Source of the DNA: a virus
Length of the DNA stretch: 64,000 bases
Direction: 5' to 3' (one strand)
IMG/VR virus record: IMGVR_UViG_3300038673_000745
Location: 11,367 to 75,366 of that record
In this document: piece after piece, positions 1 to 10,044 of the stretch
Layout: each line of letters begins with the position of its first letter
How positions within the stretch are numbered: position 1 is the first letter of the stretch
Notes under the pieces: generated by a model
Told to the model about the DNA's origin: nothing
Databases searched by the model: none
Seen by the model: the letters and a program-made list of their open reading frames with translations, nothing else
Made by a program: the position numbers and the translations under genes

Positions 1-1
1 T

Positions 2-1078
2 ATCCTCCTGATTGGAGAACCGGGAATTGCTAAAACCGATTTTATGAGAAAAGTTATGGTTTTCTCTCCCAGGTCTGTTTACACATCAGGAAAAGGATCT
101 TCTGGTGTCGGATTGGTAGCCTCTCTGACAAAGGATGAGTTTAATGATGGATCACATACCCTTGAAGCGGGGGCTATGGCTCTTGCTGATAAAGGGGTTT
201 GTATCATTGATGAAATTAATCAAATCGACACAAAGGATTTATCTCTGCTGTATGAAGCATTAGAGTCACAACAGGCAACCATTCATAAATCAAACATCCA
301 TACCACTATACCTACACGTTGTGGAGTGATTGCAGCAGCAAACCCAAAACACGGATGGATTGATGATTTTATCCCTCTTAAGGACCAGATAGAACTTCCT
401 GGTCCATTTCTCCAACGGTTTGATTTGATTTATATTCTCAAGGATGAAGTAAACCTTGAAAAAGACGAGAGAATTATCCGTCACATTATTGCAAACCGAT
501 CCGGGTCCGGACATGAGAAGTTCAAACCTGACGTTGAACCGGAACTATTTCGGAAATATGTAGCCCTTGCGAAACAGCAACCGATCAAATGGTCAAAACC
601 TGCTGAAGATGAGGTAGTCAAATATTATCTCAAGATTCGTGGGACCAGAGATAAAAGTGGAACTAAACCTGTACCGATTACTCCTCGACAGGGAAACAGT
701 ATTGCCCGAATTGCAGAAGCATCTGCCAGGATCCGCTTTTCATCTAAGGTTGAACTTGAGGATATCCATCGGGCACGAACGGTCCTTGATGCATGTCTGC
801 GAAAAATTGCATATGATCCAGAAACAGGAATGTTTGATTCCGGTCCTATGACTGCAGGAACCACAAAGAAACAGGGAAATTTGATAGATGATATTTTCCG
901 AGTAATAAAAGAGATTTCAGACCCACAAACGGGATGGGCTAAAGAAATTCTTGTAATCGAAGGTTTACGTGGGAAATATGATCATGTTGAGATAGAGAAA
1001 CGAATTGAATCACTCTATCAGGACAAAAGTGGGAAACTCATTCGTCCGAGAGACGGGTATCTGAAGGTGGTCGGATGA
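2..1078 (+). CDS. mcm: MCM replicative helicase, C-terminal part (5'-truncated by window edge)
   Basis: The frame is open from base 2 and reads ILLIGEPGIAKT (Walker A), SGVGLVASL, LEAGAMALADKGVCIIDE (Walker B), IAAANP, FLQRFDL (Arg finger), ITPRQ (sensor 2), then a C-terminal winged helix. Confidence 0.95.
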   Translation: MLLIGEPGIAKTDFMRKVMVFSPRSVYTSGKGSSGVGLVASLTKDEFNDGSHTLEAGAMALADKGVCIIDEINQIDTKDLSLLYEALESQQATIHKSNIHTTIPTRCGVIAAANPKHGWIDDFIPLKDQIELPGPFLQRFDLIYILKDEVNLEKDERIIRHIIANRSGSGHEKFKPDVEPELFRKYVALAKQQPIKWSKPAEDEVVKYYLKIRGTRDKSGTKPVPITPRQGNSIARIAEASARIRFSSKVELEDIHRARTVLDACLRKIAYDPETGMFDSGPMTAGTTKKQGNLIDDIFRVIKEISDPQTGWAKEILVIEGLRGKYDHVEIEKRIESLYQDKSGKLIRPRDGYLKVVG

Positions 1079-1172
1079 ACCTTACCGCTTCCGGTCCATC
1101 TCCGAACCTCGAATGGTTTCTTGAAGAGATATCTAAAATCCAGGTTGATGGGGTCTCAATTGAGGTGGATGA

Positions 1173-1523
1173 ATGAAAAAATTCTTTAAACCTCATCCAC
1201 GCCATGAGGATTTTATCCGGTTAATCTGGGAACATGTAGGACCGTATCCGTTTGTCGCGTCGCAAATATCACCCGATAACCCGTCGCAGATGGGAACTAT
1301 CCTATCTTTTCACTGCAAAGACGATTTGTATTTTAACCGACTGAATTATCGGACCAGATACAAAATCTACGTTCTAAACTCTGACATTGCGAAATGGTGT
1401 CAGTTAACATTCGGTCCAGCTCATCCACTTCTCAAAATCTATTCTGATTCGTATCTACCTGCATATATTCGAACAAACAACCACAAACCACTAAAATCTA
1501 ATCGGAGGGTGGTAATTGTATGA
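1173..1523 (+). CDS. hypothetical protein
   Basis: 116-aa ORF with GAGGTGG RBS; stop overlaps the next start. Confidence 0.6.
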   Translation: MKKFFKPHPRHEDFIRLIWEHVGPYPFVASQISPDNPSQMGTILSFHCKDDLYFNRLNYRTRYKIYVLNSDIAKWCQLTFGPAHPLLKIYSDSYLPAYIRTNNHKPLKSNRRVVIV

Positions 1524-1744
1524 ACAAATCTGAAATCTATCTAACTCCTGGAGAACTGTTCATTTTGCATGTCATGGCTGATAAACATGAGATGACGAGT
1601 AAAGAAATATCAAAAATAACCAAGATGAAAGAAGGGACCGTGAATAACACCCTTCGCTCACTGGTTTGCAAACAGAAAGTTAAAAAATTGTATCGGTTAG
1701 TCGAAACATCTCCAAAACCGTTTTACTGTGAGGAGAGATCATGA
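1520..1744 (+). CDS. winged-HTH DNA-binding protein (TrmB/MarR-like)
   Basis: LTPGELFILHVM...MTSKEISKITKMKEGTVNNTLRSLVCKQKV pattern. Confidence 0.7.
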   Translation: MNKSEIYLTPGELFILHVMADKHEMTSKEISKITKMKEGTVNNTLRSLVCKQKVKKLYRLVETSPKPFYCEERS

Positions 1745-1959
1745 ACCAAATTGAACGAACGGTTTTGGTCGATCTGCTGCATAATCCGTCATCAACCGTT
1801 CATCAAATCCTATATCGCAACCAGTGTCATTCAATGCGAAGTGTTGAGGCTGCAGTCAGGACGTTACAGGATAAGAATTTTGTATCATCTCGAACTGCAG
1901 CAGAGTTTTTAACAATATCAGAACGAGGGTATCATCATTTAATCGGAGGCCGGGAATGA
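1741..1959 (+). CDS. small winged-HTH-like protein
   Basis: STVHQILY...RSVEAAVRTLQDKNFV...LTISERG pattern; ATGA-coupled. Confidence 0.55.
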   Translation: MNQIERTVLVDLLHNPSSTVHQILYRNQCHSMRSVEAAVRTLQDKNFVSSRTAAEFLTISERGYHHLIGGRE

Positions 1960-2186
1960 GACTTAGTCAAACAACTCTTGATGTCCTCTCGGATATCTAT
2001 CAGGAGTACGGGCAATATCCCTTTTTAACAGATAAGCTATCATCATCTGCCAGAATGATTGTACCCGCTCTCAGGTCATCCGGATGTATTCAACCCGAAC
2101 GAACAGCCGAAGGGCGAAAACAGTACCGGATAACAAATGTCGGAATGAATAAAGTCCGGCTCAATGCCCGGAGGAAATCTCCATGA
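1956..2186 (+). CDS. small winged-HTH-like hypothetical protein
   Basis: ALRSSGCI...YRITNVG wing-like C-terminus; ATGA-coupled. Confidence 0.5.
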   Translation: MRLSQTTLDVLSDIYQEYGQYPFLTDKLSSSARMIVPALRSSGCIQPERTAEGRKQYRITNVGMNKVRLNARRKSP

Positions 2187-2461
2187 GTTACCTCGGGCAT
2201 CTCGATAAACAACAGGTCTTAAAAGAGATAAATGAAATCCGAGGGGATAAATCCAAAATCTCATATGGTCGTATATCTGATGTGGTTCGCGACCATCCCG
2301 GTAGTTATCCCTATATCCAAACTCATTTTTTCGATAAATCAAACAAAGAGGCTCGATCTAAAATGACCCGATATTTGACAAAAACGTGTGGGTGGGGCAA
2401 ATGGAACAGCGAAAAAAAAGGGAATATGGCTACGTACATTCCTCCGGAGGAACTATGTTAG
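2183..2461 (+). CDS. hypothetical protein
   Basis: 92-aa ORF in the coupled operon. Confidence 0.55.
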   Translation: MSYLGHLDKQQVLKEINEIRGDKSKISYGRISDVVRDHPGSYPYIQTHFFDKSNKEARSKMTRYLTKTCGWGKWNSEKKGNMATYIPPEELC

Positions 2462-2634
2462 ATTTAACAAAAACCCCAGGATACATTCCAGGAATTATTT
2501 TCTATGTAAAATGTCCAAGGTGTGGACGAAAATTGCAGAAGAGCGATCCTGATCCAAATACCGCTCGGATAACGTGCGATTTTTGTCATCATCGGTTTAT
2601 TGCATATTCGTTTATTCAGGAGGTAGAGGAATGA
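2455..2634 (+). CDS. small zinc-ribbon protein
   Basis: CPRCG...CDFC; start re-assigned to ATG 2455 after GGAGG. Confidence 0.6.
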   Translation: MLDLTKTPGYIPGIIFYVKCPRCGRKLQKSDPDPNTARITCDFCHHRFIAYSFIQEVEE

Positions 2635-2975
2635 CTCTTCAATCAGTTTTTGAGCAATACAAACATCTTGACAATCTGCTATCAGATCGGGAATGGCTCG
2701 TCAGACCGGATGAAGACGGACATGTAGATGCCCTTATGATTATTTTGTATGATTGTTGGAATGCGATTAAGGAGGAACTAAATCTCGAAAATTCTAATTC
2801 CAAAAAATATCTCTGTGAAAATTTAACAGAAGCCTTAAAACACCTAAATAATCCATATTTGGGGATTACAAAAGGGATTTGTGAATTTGCTGGACACCCG
2901 CGAAATGAAGAGGATGAACGAAATAGATGTTTTTGCCGTGAAAAAGTGTATTCTGTAAAGGAGGGATTTCAATGA
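2631..2975 (+). CDS. hypothetical protein
   Basis: Start re-assigned to ATG 2631 after GGAGGTAGAGG. Confidence 0.55.
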   Translation: MTLQSVFEQYKHLDNLLSDREWLVRPDEDGHVDALMIILYDCWNAIKEELNLENSNSKKYLCENLTEALKHLNNPYLGITKGICEFAGHPRNEEDERNRCFCREKVYSVKEGFQ

Positions 2976-3268
2976 ATTGCCATCAACATCGTTTCGGAAC
3001 AATGAGGGAGTTATTATGACCGCTGTTACATTATCACTCGATTATTCAGAAGTTCCTCCAGATCAGTGGTATTCATCTCGGATGAAACTATTTCGATTTT
3101 TAGTTGTGACATTAATCTATCTATTTCGTTTTTTACTTATATATCTCATAAATGCAGGCACTTCAGAAACAAAGATTACACAATATGGAGAGCACACTCC
3201 ACCAAAGATTATTATTTTCAGAATGTTTCCTATCGATTATCAGGAGATGGAGGAATGAATGAAGAACA

Positions 3269-3457
3269 ATGAGATCTCTTATCTTCTCAATTTCTCCACA
3301 TGATTGGATTGAACGAGACCGGCAAGTGATAACATCCGAAAAACAACGAGATCGGTTTATTGCACGGGTACGAAATGACATGAAAGAAGGCTCTCCGGAA
3401 CTGTTTGTATATGAGATCCAGGAAACCGGAGATATCATAAAACAAAACACGGGTTAA
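3269..3457 (+). CDS. hypothetical protein
   Basis: 62-aa ORF just before the thyA promoter motif. Confidence 0.45.
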   Translation: MRSLIFSISPHDWIERDRQVITSEKQRDRFIARVRNDMKEGSPELFVYEIQETGDIIKQNTG

Positions 3458-3492
3458 TTCCCCTATATCTTATCTCCCTCCTATTTTTCTTC

Positions 3493-4197
3493 ATGTATTG
3501 TATCCGGGAAGATACCATCGCTGCAGCTCACTATCGTGTGATCCATTTCCTGAACGCGTTGCCGGAGATGGATATCACTGAAGATAATGAATTTGTGAAA
3601 CAATATCCAGAACCAATATCAATTCATATCAACTATCCTCAAGTGAATCCTCAGATTGTACCAGGATCACTCTTCGGTCCACAATTCCAGAACGAGTACG
3701 TCAGAAAAGTCTTAAAAATTACTCCGCTCCGGAACGATGGAACAGACCCGACGTATACCTATGGGAACCGACTCCGGGCATACCCTCAATCCGGATTCTG
3801 GGAAAAAATAAAAAAATGGTTCGGGTTCACATCCGGACTGGATCAACTTTGTCAAGTAATACAACGGTTGGAGGACTCACCAAACACCCGGCGGGCAGTT
3901 ATGTGTCTCTGGGATCCTGAAATAGATTCACAGTCAAATGAACCTCCTTGCATGAATCTTATCCAGGTCTGTATACATAATGATTCGGTGAACCTAGTCT
4001 GCTTTTTTCGAAGTAATGATATGCTATCCGCGTATGGAATGAACACCTATGCAATCGCTCAACTGCAAAAACACCTCGCAGATGAGTTAGATTATGAATG
4101 CGGATGGATTGAGACGATATCAAACAATCCTCATATGTATCCAACTCGGGATGCATACGAACTAAAACATATTCTGAAGGCAAATGTCAAAGTATAG
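3493..4197 (+). CDS. thyA: thymidylate synthase, archaeal ThyA type
   Basis: YTYGNRLR, SPNTRRAV..LWDP, catalytic PPC, FRSND..SAYGMN (dUMP-specifying Asn), SNNPHMY. Confidence 0.88.
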   Translation: MYCIREDTIAAAHYRVIHFLNALPEMDITEDNEFVKQYPEPISIHINYPQVNPQIVPGSLFGPQFQNEYVRKVLKITPLRNDGTDPTYTYGNRLRAYPQSGFWEKIKKWFGFTSGLDQLCQVIQRLEDSPNTRRAVMCLWDPEIDSQSNEPPCMNLIQVCIHNDSVNLVCFFRSNDMLSAYGMNTYAIAQLQKHLADELDYECGWIETISNNPHMYPTRDAYELKHILKANVKV

Positions 4198-4543
4198 GAA
4201 TATTAAGACAACCGTTGACGGTATTGATTTCGATTCGAAAAAAGAAGCGCAGCGATATAAAGATCTTCTGTTTCTGCAGCGGGCAGGAGTAATAGGAGAA
4301 ATCATTTTGCAGCCGTCGTTTCTCCTGCAGGAGAAGTTTGTAGCCAGGTCCGGAGAGAAGATCCGAGAGATAACATACCGGGCAGATTTTGCGTATAAGG
4401 AGACAAATAGGCAGATATGGACCGTGGAGGATGTAAAGGGGTTTAGTAAGTCCTCAAAATTCTCAACCGAGACAAAAGAGTTTAAACTGAAGAAAAAAAT
4501 GTTTTTGAAACGGTATCCGTGTATAGAATACATTTTACTGTAG
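4184..4543 (+). CDS. DUF1064-like PD-(D/E)xK endonuclease
   Basis: SKYRNIKTTVDGIDFDSKKEA..Y..L, LQPSF.LQ, ITYRADF.Y, VEDVKG. Confidence 0.85.
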   Translation: MSKYRNIKTTVDGIDFDSKKEAQRYKDLLFLQRAGVIGEIILQPSFLLQEKFVARSGEKIREITYRADFAYKETNRQIWTVEDVKGFSKSSKFSTETKEFKLKKKMFLKRYPCIEYILL

Positions 4544-4596
4544 ATTCTTATTGAGTTTTATTTCCTGTATAATATCTATCAAATCTATTTTGATAT

Positions 4597-4770
4597 ATGG
4601 TCAGAACCGGCAGACCTCCTAAATCCGGTGAGATGAAACAAACATACGGAGTTTCTCTTCTCCCTTCTGTTCGTGAAAAGGCGTATAAATATGGCATAAA
4701 TATGTCAGAATTACTTCAAAATGCATTAGAGAGAGAATTCAAGAACCGGGAGGATAAGAATGAGAACTGA
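4597..4770 (+). CDS. small ribbon-helix-helix / CcdA-like regulator (57 aa, not in ORF track)
   Basis: Manual translation MVRTGRPPK...GINMSELLQNALEREF; promoter motif 29 nt upstream. Confidence 0.7.
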   Translation: MVRTGRPPKSGEMKQTYGVSLLPSVREKAYKYGINMSELLQNALEREFKNREDKNEN

Positions 4771-5578
4771 TACTCCAAACATTTCTCTTGAGGTCCGGAC
4801 ATTTGGAAACGAGTTTGATGCAACTTTCTTACTCTATGAAGGAGAAGCATATGTCTCCTGGGTGCATGTGTACAAGTATCTGAAGATAGATAAGAGCAAT
4901 GCCCGAAAGGTATTGAAGAAATTAACCGAAGGAATACATTATAAAAACATCCCAAATAAGGTTTTATCAAGAGTGTCAGATAATACCACTCTGGGGTATA
5001 ATGCGCCGGTTTACACATTTCTCTCTCATGAGGGCTTTAATCGGATTATCATCGCAGTCAATGAAGATCATATAGATGATTCAAAAGTAGTTGAATGGAT
5101 TAACCAAAAACGTGATTTGATTGCATCAGTATTTACTGCGTATGAGCAGGGAAAACTGGTTCTTTCTTCGCGTCATGCTATAGAATGGTCAGAGAAGAGA
5201 CATATTTCAAAAGATCTTCAAAAACAGAATGCAAATGCTTTAACTGAATATCATCGACGGGATAAATACCCAGAAGGAAAAATTCCTACGTATCATTACA
5301 TGAATGAGGATAAGATGAATAATAAAATTGCATTGGGTGAACATCGGAAGAATATTAGAAACGATGCATCTATTCACGGATTGGACATCTTAACCGTCAC
5401 TCTAGCGGGAGATAATGCCCTTCTCGATGCAGATATCCCTTATGTAAAACGAAAAGAGATTCTTACCCGGCAGGCAGATCAATTAGTGAACCGGTCTATA
5501 TCTCGGCTGATGACTCCTGATGAGAAACGGTTGATATCTTCAAGGTCGTTATCAAAGGCACAGGCGACTCTATTCTAA
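4760..5578 (+). CDS. Bro-N/antirepressor-like DNA-binding protein
   Basis: LYEGEAYVSWVHVYKYL...LTEGIHYK...FLSHEGFNRII; clear paralog of 15729..16664. Confidence 0.65.
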   Translation: MRTDTPNISLEVRTFGNEFDATFLLYEGEAYVSWVHVYKYLKIDKSNARKVLKKLTEGIHYKNIPNKVLSRVSDNTTLGYNAPVYTFLSHEGFNRIIIAVNEDHIDDSKVVEWINQKRDLIASVFTAYEQGKLVLSSRHAIEWSEKRHISKDLQKQNANALTEYHRRDKYPEGKIPTYHYMNEDKMNNKIALGEHRKNIRNDASIHGLDILTVTLAGDNALLDADIPYVKRKEILTRQADQLVNRSISRLMTPDEKRLISSRSLSKAQATLF

Positions 5579-5585
5579 TTTTTTA

Positions 5586-5597
5586 TTTCCCGTTTAT
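5586..5597 (+). promoter_or_regulatory. virus-wide promoter motif, example copy (TTTCCCGTTTAT)
   Basis: TTTAT starts 30 nt before ATG 5623; one of about 28 copies. Confidence 0.8.
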
Positions 5598-5622
5598 TTA
5601 TTCTTGTCTCTTTTTCTGTTGT

Positions 5623-7161
5623 ATGGGTATCTATTTGGATCTCCTTCGTCTCAGGGATATATCAGCCCACAATTCGCTTGGAATAATCAGAAAAGGCAAG
5701 AAATACATTAAACCGGGTCAGAAGGCACCAAAAGGCGTTCAGTTACACAAAGGACCGAAAGGCGGGACATATTACATTATCGAAGACAAACACACGAAAT
5801 TTGCTGGAAAACATCATGAGCTGGTCCGGAGTAAGGGTGTGACTAAAGATCAATGGGATGAAATCCGGCAGAAATTAATGAGTGAAGGAGCGGAATCAGT
5901 AGAGTTTCTCCCACAACCAGAATACGGTGGAATCAAGGGAAAGAAACTATACAATATCTACGTGAGGCGGGGAGATACTGATGAGAAGATTGAGAGTAAG
6001 ATAAAGGTCGATAAAGATAAATTTGCACAACGTAAAAAGAAGGCTATGAAGAAGGATCTTGAAAAGTTCCTGGCAACAAATCCTGATGGGTTAGAGGATT
6101 CAATTAAGGCCAGGACAAAAGAACCTGAATGGGAATTATCTGAAGATATTTTCACTAATAGAAAGAAAGCATGGGATGATGAACAATTTTATCAAAATAA
6201 AGGATATAAAACAAAGATAATCGAAGGAAAGAACGAAAATGGGAAAAGAACCTATCAGGTACATTATCAGAAACCGGCTCCAGCTACTAATGTAAAGGAT
6301 TATCTGGTCCAAATAGGTGGAAAATATTGGAGATCTAATGATGGATCTAAAGAGCGGGTATATATCCCTCATGAAACGTTTCATACAATGATAGGGCTCG
6401 AATTGCAGTTTTTTGGCACTGGTAATATTAGTTCAGCTAAATTGAAAGGCAAACCTATCAGTAATAACAAAGCGAGGAATATCCATTTTGGAATTAATCC
6501 CTATTATGATTTAAATGAAAATAAATTTTCAGGGGTTAATCCGGATTGGGTTGATGAATTAAATACTCATCTGGAACCATATGAAAAATATACTCCATCA
6601 AAGGCAAATGCTCATAAAGAAGCCAAAAAACCAATATCTATGGGATGGGTGAAAGAACTTGCAGAAGGTGAATCGCCTATGGGGAAGGATGCTAATCGGT
6701 TAGAGTTTCAGAACTATGCAACAAATATCCATGATTCACTAATGCTTCATACCTATAAGAAAGAGTCAGAAATTCCCGCACAATATCATATCAAACCGGG
6801 ATATGATACCGGAAAGATACAAGTATATAATTCCTTTAGTATCAAGGATAAACTAAAATCGAAAGGATTTAAGTGGGATCCATATACAAAATTGTGGGAG
6901 AAATCGGTGAAAGTTTCGGACATACAGAACGAATCCAAGTTTTTATCAGAGTCAGGGGTGACTTCATTCAGGTTTGACAATGCTCCGGATGTACGGAATT
7001 TTATTATTAATGAGCTAAAACCGGAAGGAGGATCCTGGGGTAAATTCTATGATAAGCACCAGGAACAGGCAATGGACAAATTAAATGAGCAGGTTGAATC
7101 AATTAAGAAGAAGTTTGGACTGTTCCAAAAGAATTCAGAGAGAAGAACACGAACCCCATGA
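5623..7161 (+). CDS. leader-bearing putative capsid cargo protein (type A), displaced into the replication region
   Basis: Leader ending IIRK|G, then KKYIKPG..PKGVQLHKGPKGGTYY; first ~120 aa nearly identical to 24145..26166. Confidence 0.75.
   Translation: MGIYLDLLRLRDISAHNSLGIIRKGKKYIKPGQKAPKGVQLHKGPKGGTYYIIEDKHTKFAGKHHELVRSKGVTKDQWDEIRQKLMSEGAESVEFLPQPEYGGIKGKKLYNIYVRRGDTDEKIESKIKVDKDKFAQRKKKAMKKDLEKFLATNPDGLEDSIKARTKEPEWELSEDIFTNRKKAWDDEQFYQNKGYKTKIIEGKNENGKRTYQVHYQKPAPATNVKDYLVQIGGKYWRSNDGSKERVYIPHETFHTMIGLELQFFGTGNISSAKLKGKPISNNKARNIHFGINPYYDLNENKFSGVNPDWVDELNTHLEPYEKYTPSKANAHKEAKKPISMGWVKELAEGESPMGKDANRLEFQNYATNIHDSLMLHTYKKESEIPAQYHIKPGYDTGKIQVYNSFSIKDKLKSKGFKWDPYTKLWEKSVKVSDIQNESKFLSESGVTSFRFDNAPDVRNFIINELKPEGGSWGKFYDKHQEQAMDKLNEQVESIKKKFGLFQKNSERRTRTP
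5644..5903 (+). repeat. 260-bp perfect direct repeat, copy 1 (copy 2 at 24166..24425)
   Basis: Base-by-base visual comparison shows identity; offset 18522 nt equals the offset between the two start codons. Confidence 0.92.
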
Positions 7162-7282
7162 AATTTCCACAACCGGTTATGAGGCAATAGAAAAGGTTGT
7201 TAAAGGGCAGGGAAACTCAGGGAGGGTATATCTTCCATCAAAGTGGATTGGACACACAATATTATGTATTAGGATTGATTAG
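7085..7282 (+). CDS. DUF2080-family small protein
   Basis: GYEAIEKVVKGQGNSGRVYLPSKWIG; true start uncertain. Confidence 0.7.
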   Translation: MSRLNQLRRSLDCSKRIQREEHEPHEISTTGYEAIEKVVKGQGNSGRVYLPSKWIGHTILCIRID

Positions 7283-7331
7283 GCATAACTTTTTTATATT
7301 TATATGAATAATATATGAATGGCGAGTTGAT

Positions 7332-8117
7332 ATGAAGAACACTATTCCACAGTTTGAGAACACGACTGATCTGATCGAAGAAGACCCATTCAACAACAAT
7401 TACCAATCGCAAATCAGACTCTCAATTGATTGGGAAAATGAAGAGATTGGAGTAGGCACGTATTATAATGATAACTGCTCTCCGATGGATGTGTGGCATG
7501 GGCTCCGGAGATTAATTTTGCTTCCAAACAATGTTGATCCCAGGTATCTCAAGGAAGACGTTGATGAACTCCTCCCACGAATCGAAAAGATCTGTGCAGG
7601 ATATGAATCATATTGGGACGGACATAATTGGAAAGGTAAATTTAGCGATGATGCAAAACAGGAATTGTATTCACTAGAATATGATATTGAGCAAAATCCG
7701 TACAATCATTTTCACCTCCTTGAGGAAGGAGGTCTTTGGGATGCGGATGAATGGTTTGTGGATCGAATTGAAGAACTGACTTCAAAAACAACCGATGATG
7801 AAATAAAAGACCTCGCAGGATCGTATGAGATAGATGCTCGTAATGATGGAGTTATCATTCGTGGAGGTCTCGATGCAATTATCCGGCGGTTTAAAAACCA
7901 AAGAGATGATTTAATTGATAAAATTGAAACAACTGTATCTCTCTCAATATCATCATCAAACAAGGAATTTAAGAAAGAATTTCACGGTTTTGATTTTGAA
8001 ATTCTCGGAGAGAAGGATAATAAACAGCGGATTGCAAAACCCCAGGGGACCGGGGCACGGGTAGATGTACCAAAAGACTGGATAGGATCCAGAGTTATTG
8101 TTATCCGGTTGGACTAA
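7332..8117 (+). CDS. acidic protein with C-terminal DUF2080-like domain
   Basis: C-terminus RIAKPQGTGARVDVPKDWIGSRVIVIRLD; canonical TTTATAT box upstream. Confidence 0.65.
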   Translation: MKNTIPQFENTTDLIEEDPFNNNYQSQIRLSIDWENEEIGVGTYYNDNCSPMDVWHGLRRLILLPNNVDPRYLKEDVDELLPRIEKICAGYESYWDGHNWKGKFSDDAKQELYSLEYDIEQNPYNHFHLLEEGGLWDADEWFVDRIEELTSKTTDDEIKDLAGSYEIDARNDGVIIRGGLDAIIRRFKNQRDDLIDKIETTVSLSISSSNKEFKKEFHGFDFEILGEKDNKQRIAKPQGTGARVDVPKDWIGSRVIVIRLD

Positions 8118-8438
8118 ATGACAAATTGTATTTTTTGTGGTCATCCGGTTATTCTGGGAAACATTCAAAAATATTCCGGTGGATTTTTCCGGCAGACATT
8201 TATTTGCCGTTCATGTGGTCGTCAGTATGTGGATGGCCCGGCATTCACAGATAAACCCGGAGATAGACGGATAAATCCGATGGAGCGACCTCCCTGCCCT
8301 CGGTGTGGATGTGAAGACACTATGTTTAACGAGTGGTTGGAGACTAAAACTCGCGTGAAACCACGGTTTAGATGTCATGGGTGTGGTCGGTCATTTACAG
8401 TAGGCGGGAAAGTAAACACTCATAAAAAATACGACTAA
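8118..8438 (+). CDS. double zinc-ribbon protein (IS1 InsA-like)
   Basis: CIFCG...CRSCGRQY and CPRCG...CHGCGRSF. Confidence 0.65.
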   Translation: MTNCIFCGHPVILGNIQKYSGGFFRQTFICRSCGRQYVDGPAFTDKPGDRRINPMERPPCPRCGCEDTMFNEWLETKTRVKPRFRCHGCGRSFTVGGKVNTHKKYD

Positions 8439-8490
8439 CCTTCTTTTTTCAATTCCTGTATATCTTTCTTCGTGCCGATACTAATTCTCA

Positions 8491-9126
8491 ATGAATATAG
8501 ATGGATCGGAGCATTATCCTCCAATTACAGTTGCGACATCTGTTAACATCCCAGAAGCAGAAGTGATTAAGCGAGCCGGAACCGGAGAATTCCCTGGTAA
8601 AAAAACACCAACCGGGTATTGGTTTAGTGCAAATCATATTTCTGCCATTCGGGCAATAGTCCATCCAAATAAGGATGTAAAGAATACGACATCTGTTCAA
8701 AACACGGCTACAATCAGCGCAGAAGAAGCCGCTGAAAGGACCGGATACAAAGCATCAACTCTCCGGACCTATGTCGATGCACACAAAATCGAAGGCCAAT
8801 TTATCGATCACAAACTGTTTTTCACTGAAGAGCAGGTCAAAAAGATTGAAGAAATGAAAAAGAAACCAGAAAAATCTTCAACCGATATTCAAAATCCCTC
8901 ACTAAAACCAGGACTTCATGAAACTCAAGAATCCGTTAAGAAATCACGAGTCCGGTCCTATCCTCGTGGGAAAACTGTAGAACTCCCGAATGAGTTAAAG
9001 CGGGAATATGAATGTGCAAAACGGATTGCAAAAGCGAGAGATGAACCGGTTATCGTATATCTGCTGAAACAGGCAAAGTCAGATATCGACAAGAAAAAGG
9101 AATTGATCAAAACCCTGAGGGAATAA
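8491..9126 (+). CDS. excisionase/MerR-like HTH DNA-binding protein
   Basis: ISAEEAAERTGYKASTLRTYV...IEG...LFFTEEQV; promoter motif upstream. Confidence 0.55.
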   Translation: MNIDGSEHYPPITVATSVNIPEAEVIKRAGTGEFPGKKTPTGYWFSANHISAIRAIVHPNKDVKNTTSVQNTATISAEEAAERTGYKASTLRTYVDAHKIEGQFIDHKLFFTEEQVKKIEEMKKKPEKSSTDIQNPSLKPGLHETQESVKKSRVRSYPRGKTVELPNELKREYECAKRIAKARDEPVIVYLLKQAKSDIDKKKELIKTLRE

Positions 9127-9338
9127 TGTTTACGGTCTCCGGCCACGTTCATTTCTCCGGTAAAATGAAAGGAGAGCGGGCAGATATCGAACCCACTTGT
9201 CAGGACATGCTTGCAGATATCGCAACCTATGCTCAAGAGAAATATCCAGGGTTCGTCTGGGATGCGTCTCCGATCTCTCTCTGGACAAAAGTGTCAAAAC
9301 TGGTAAAAAACAATGGTGCTCGTCGATCATCAGATTAA
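9126..9338 (+). CDS. hypothetical protein
   Basis: 70-aa coupled ORF. Confidence 0.5.
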   Translation: MFTVSGHVHFSGKMKGERADIEPTCQDMLADIATYAQEKYPGFVWDASPISLWTKVSKLVKNNGARRSSD

Positions 9339-9864
9339 AGCAGCGATCTTGAATGAGGTTTTAGGAGTCGAACCGTACCGGGAAGAGTTGGTGAATCCAA
9401 ATAGCCTGGACATAACCCTCTCAAAAAAGTTTAGTTTTCAAAAAGGGTATGAAAAAACCCCTATCAATCCATACAACGAACGTGATGTTACAATCGGATG
9501 GGTAGAACAAACCGGACCGGTTATCATCTCACCCGGTCAATTAATACTTGGATCCACGGTTGAATATATCTCTCTTCCCCGGACCATCTGCGCAGAACTG
9601 AACGGTAAGTCATCGTTAGCACGGTTAGGATTACAGAACCATCAGACCGGCGGATGGATAGATTGCGGGTTTTCAGGACAAATTACTCTTGAACTCTTTA
9701 ACGCAGGGAAAAGACCCATTGTACTTATTCCCAATATGCCTATCGGTCAATTGGTGTTCCATGAAACTGAAGAAGCTGAGAACGGGTATGGGGACCGGAA
9801 GAGTTCAAAGTATCAGGGACAGAAAGGACCGGTGGGATCAAGATACTATCTGAACAAACTCTAA
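9313..9864 (+). CDS. dcd: dCTP deaminase
   Basis: VNPNSLDITL, GSTVEYISLP, GKSSLARLGL, GWIDCGFSGQITLEL, IGQLVF, KYQGQ. Confidence 0.93.
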   Translation: MVLVDHQIKAAILNEVLGVEPYREELVNPNSLDITLSKKFSFQKGYEKTPINPYNERDVTIGWVEQTGPVIISPGQLILGSTVEYISLPRTICAELNGKSSLARLGLQNHQTGGWIDCGFSGQITLELFNAGKRPIVLIPNMPIGQLVFHETEEAENGYGDRKSSKYQGQKGPVGSRYYLNKL

Positions 9865-9906
9865 CAATAATTCCCCTATATCTCTCCTTCCCACCTATTC
9901 TTCCCT

Positions 9907-10044
9907 ATGACAGAAGAGATAAAAACGTACGGTCCGGATGATTTTGACCAGGCGTTTAAAAGAAAAAAACGTCGGAATCAACGAAAACATCAACAAGCGA
10001 GAGCAGAACAGGAAGAGAGGTGTCCGTTCAATGAAGACGAATAA
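9907..10044 (+). CDS. small basic protein (45 aa, not in ORF track)
   Basis: MTEEIKTYGPDDFDQAFKRKKRRNQRKH...; ATG lies 30 nt after the promoter motif. Confidence 0.5.
   Translation: MTEEIKTYGPDDFDQAFKRKKRRNQRKHQQARAEQEERCPFNEDE

Noticed and set aside
3493-4197. ThyA homolog as a cytosine hydroxymethylase for DNA hypermodification
   Set aside because: It keeps the dUMP-specifying Asn (SAYGMN) rather than the Asp of dCMP hydroxymethylases, and no glycosyl- or amino-transferase genes are adjacent.
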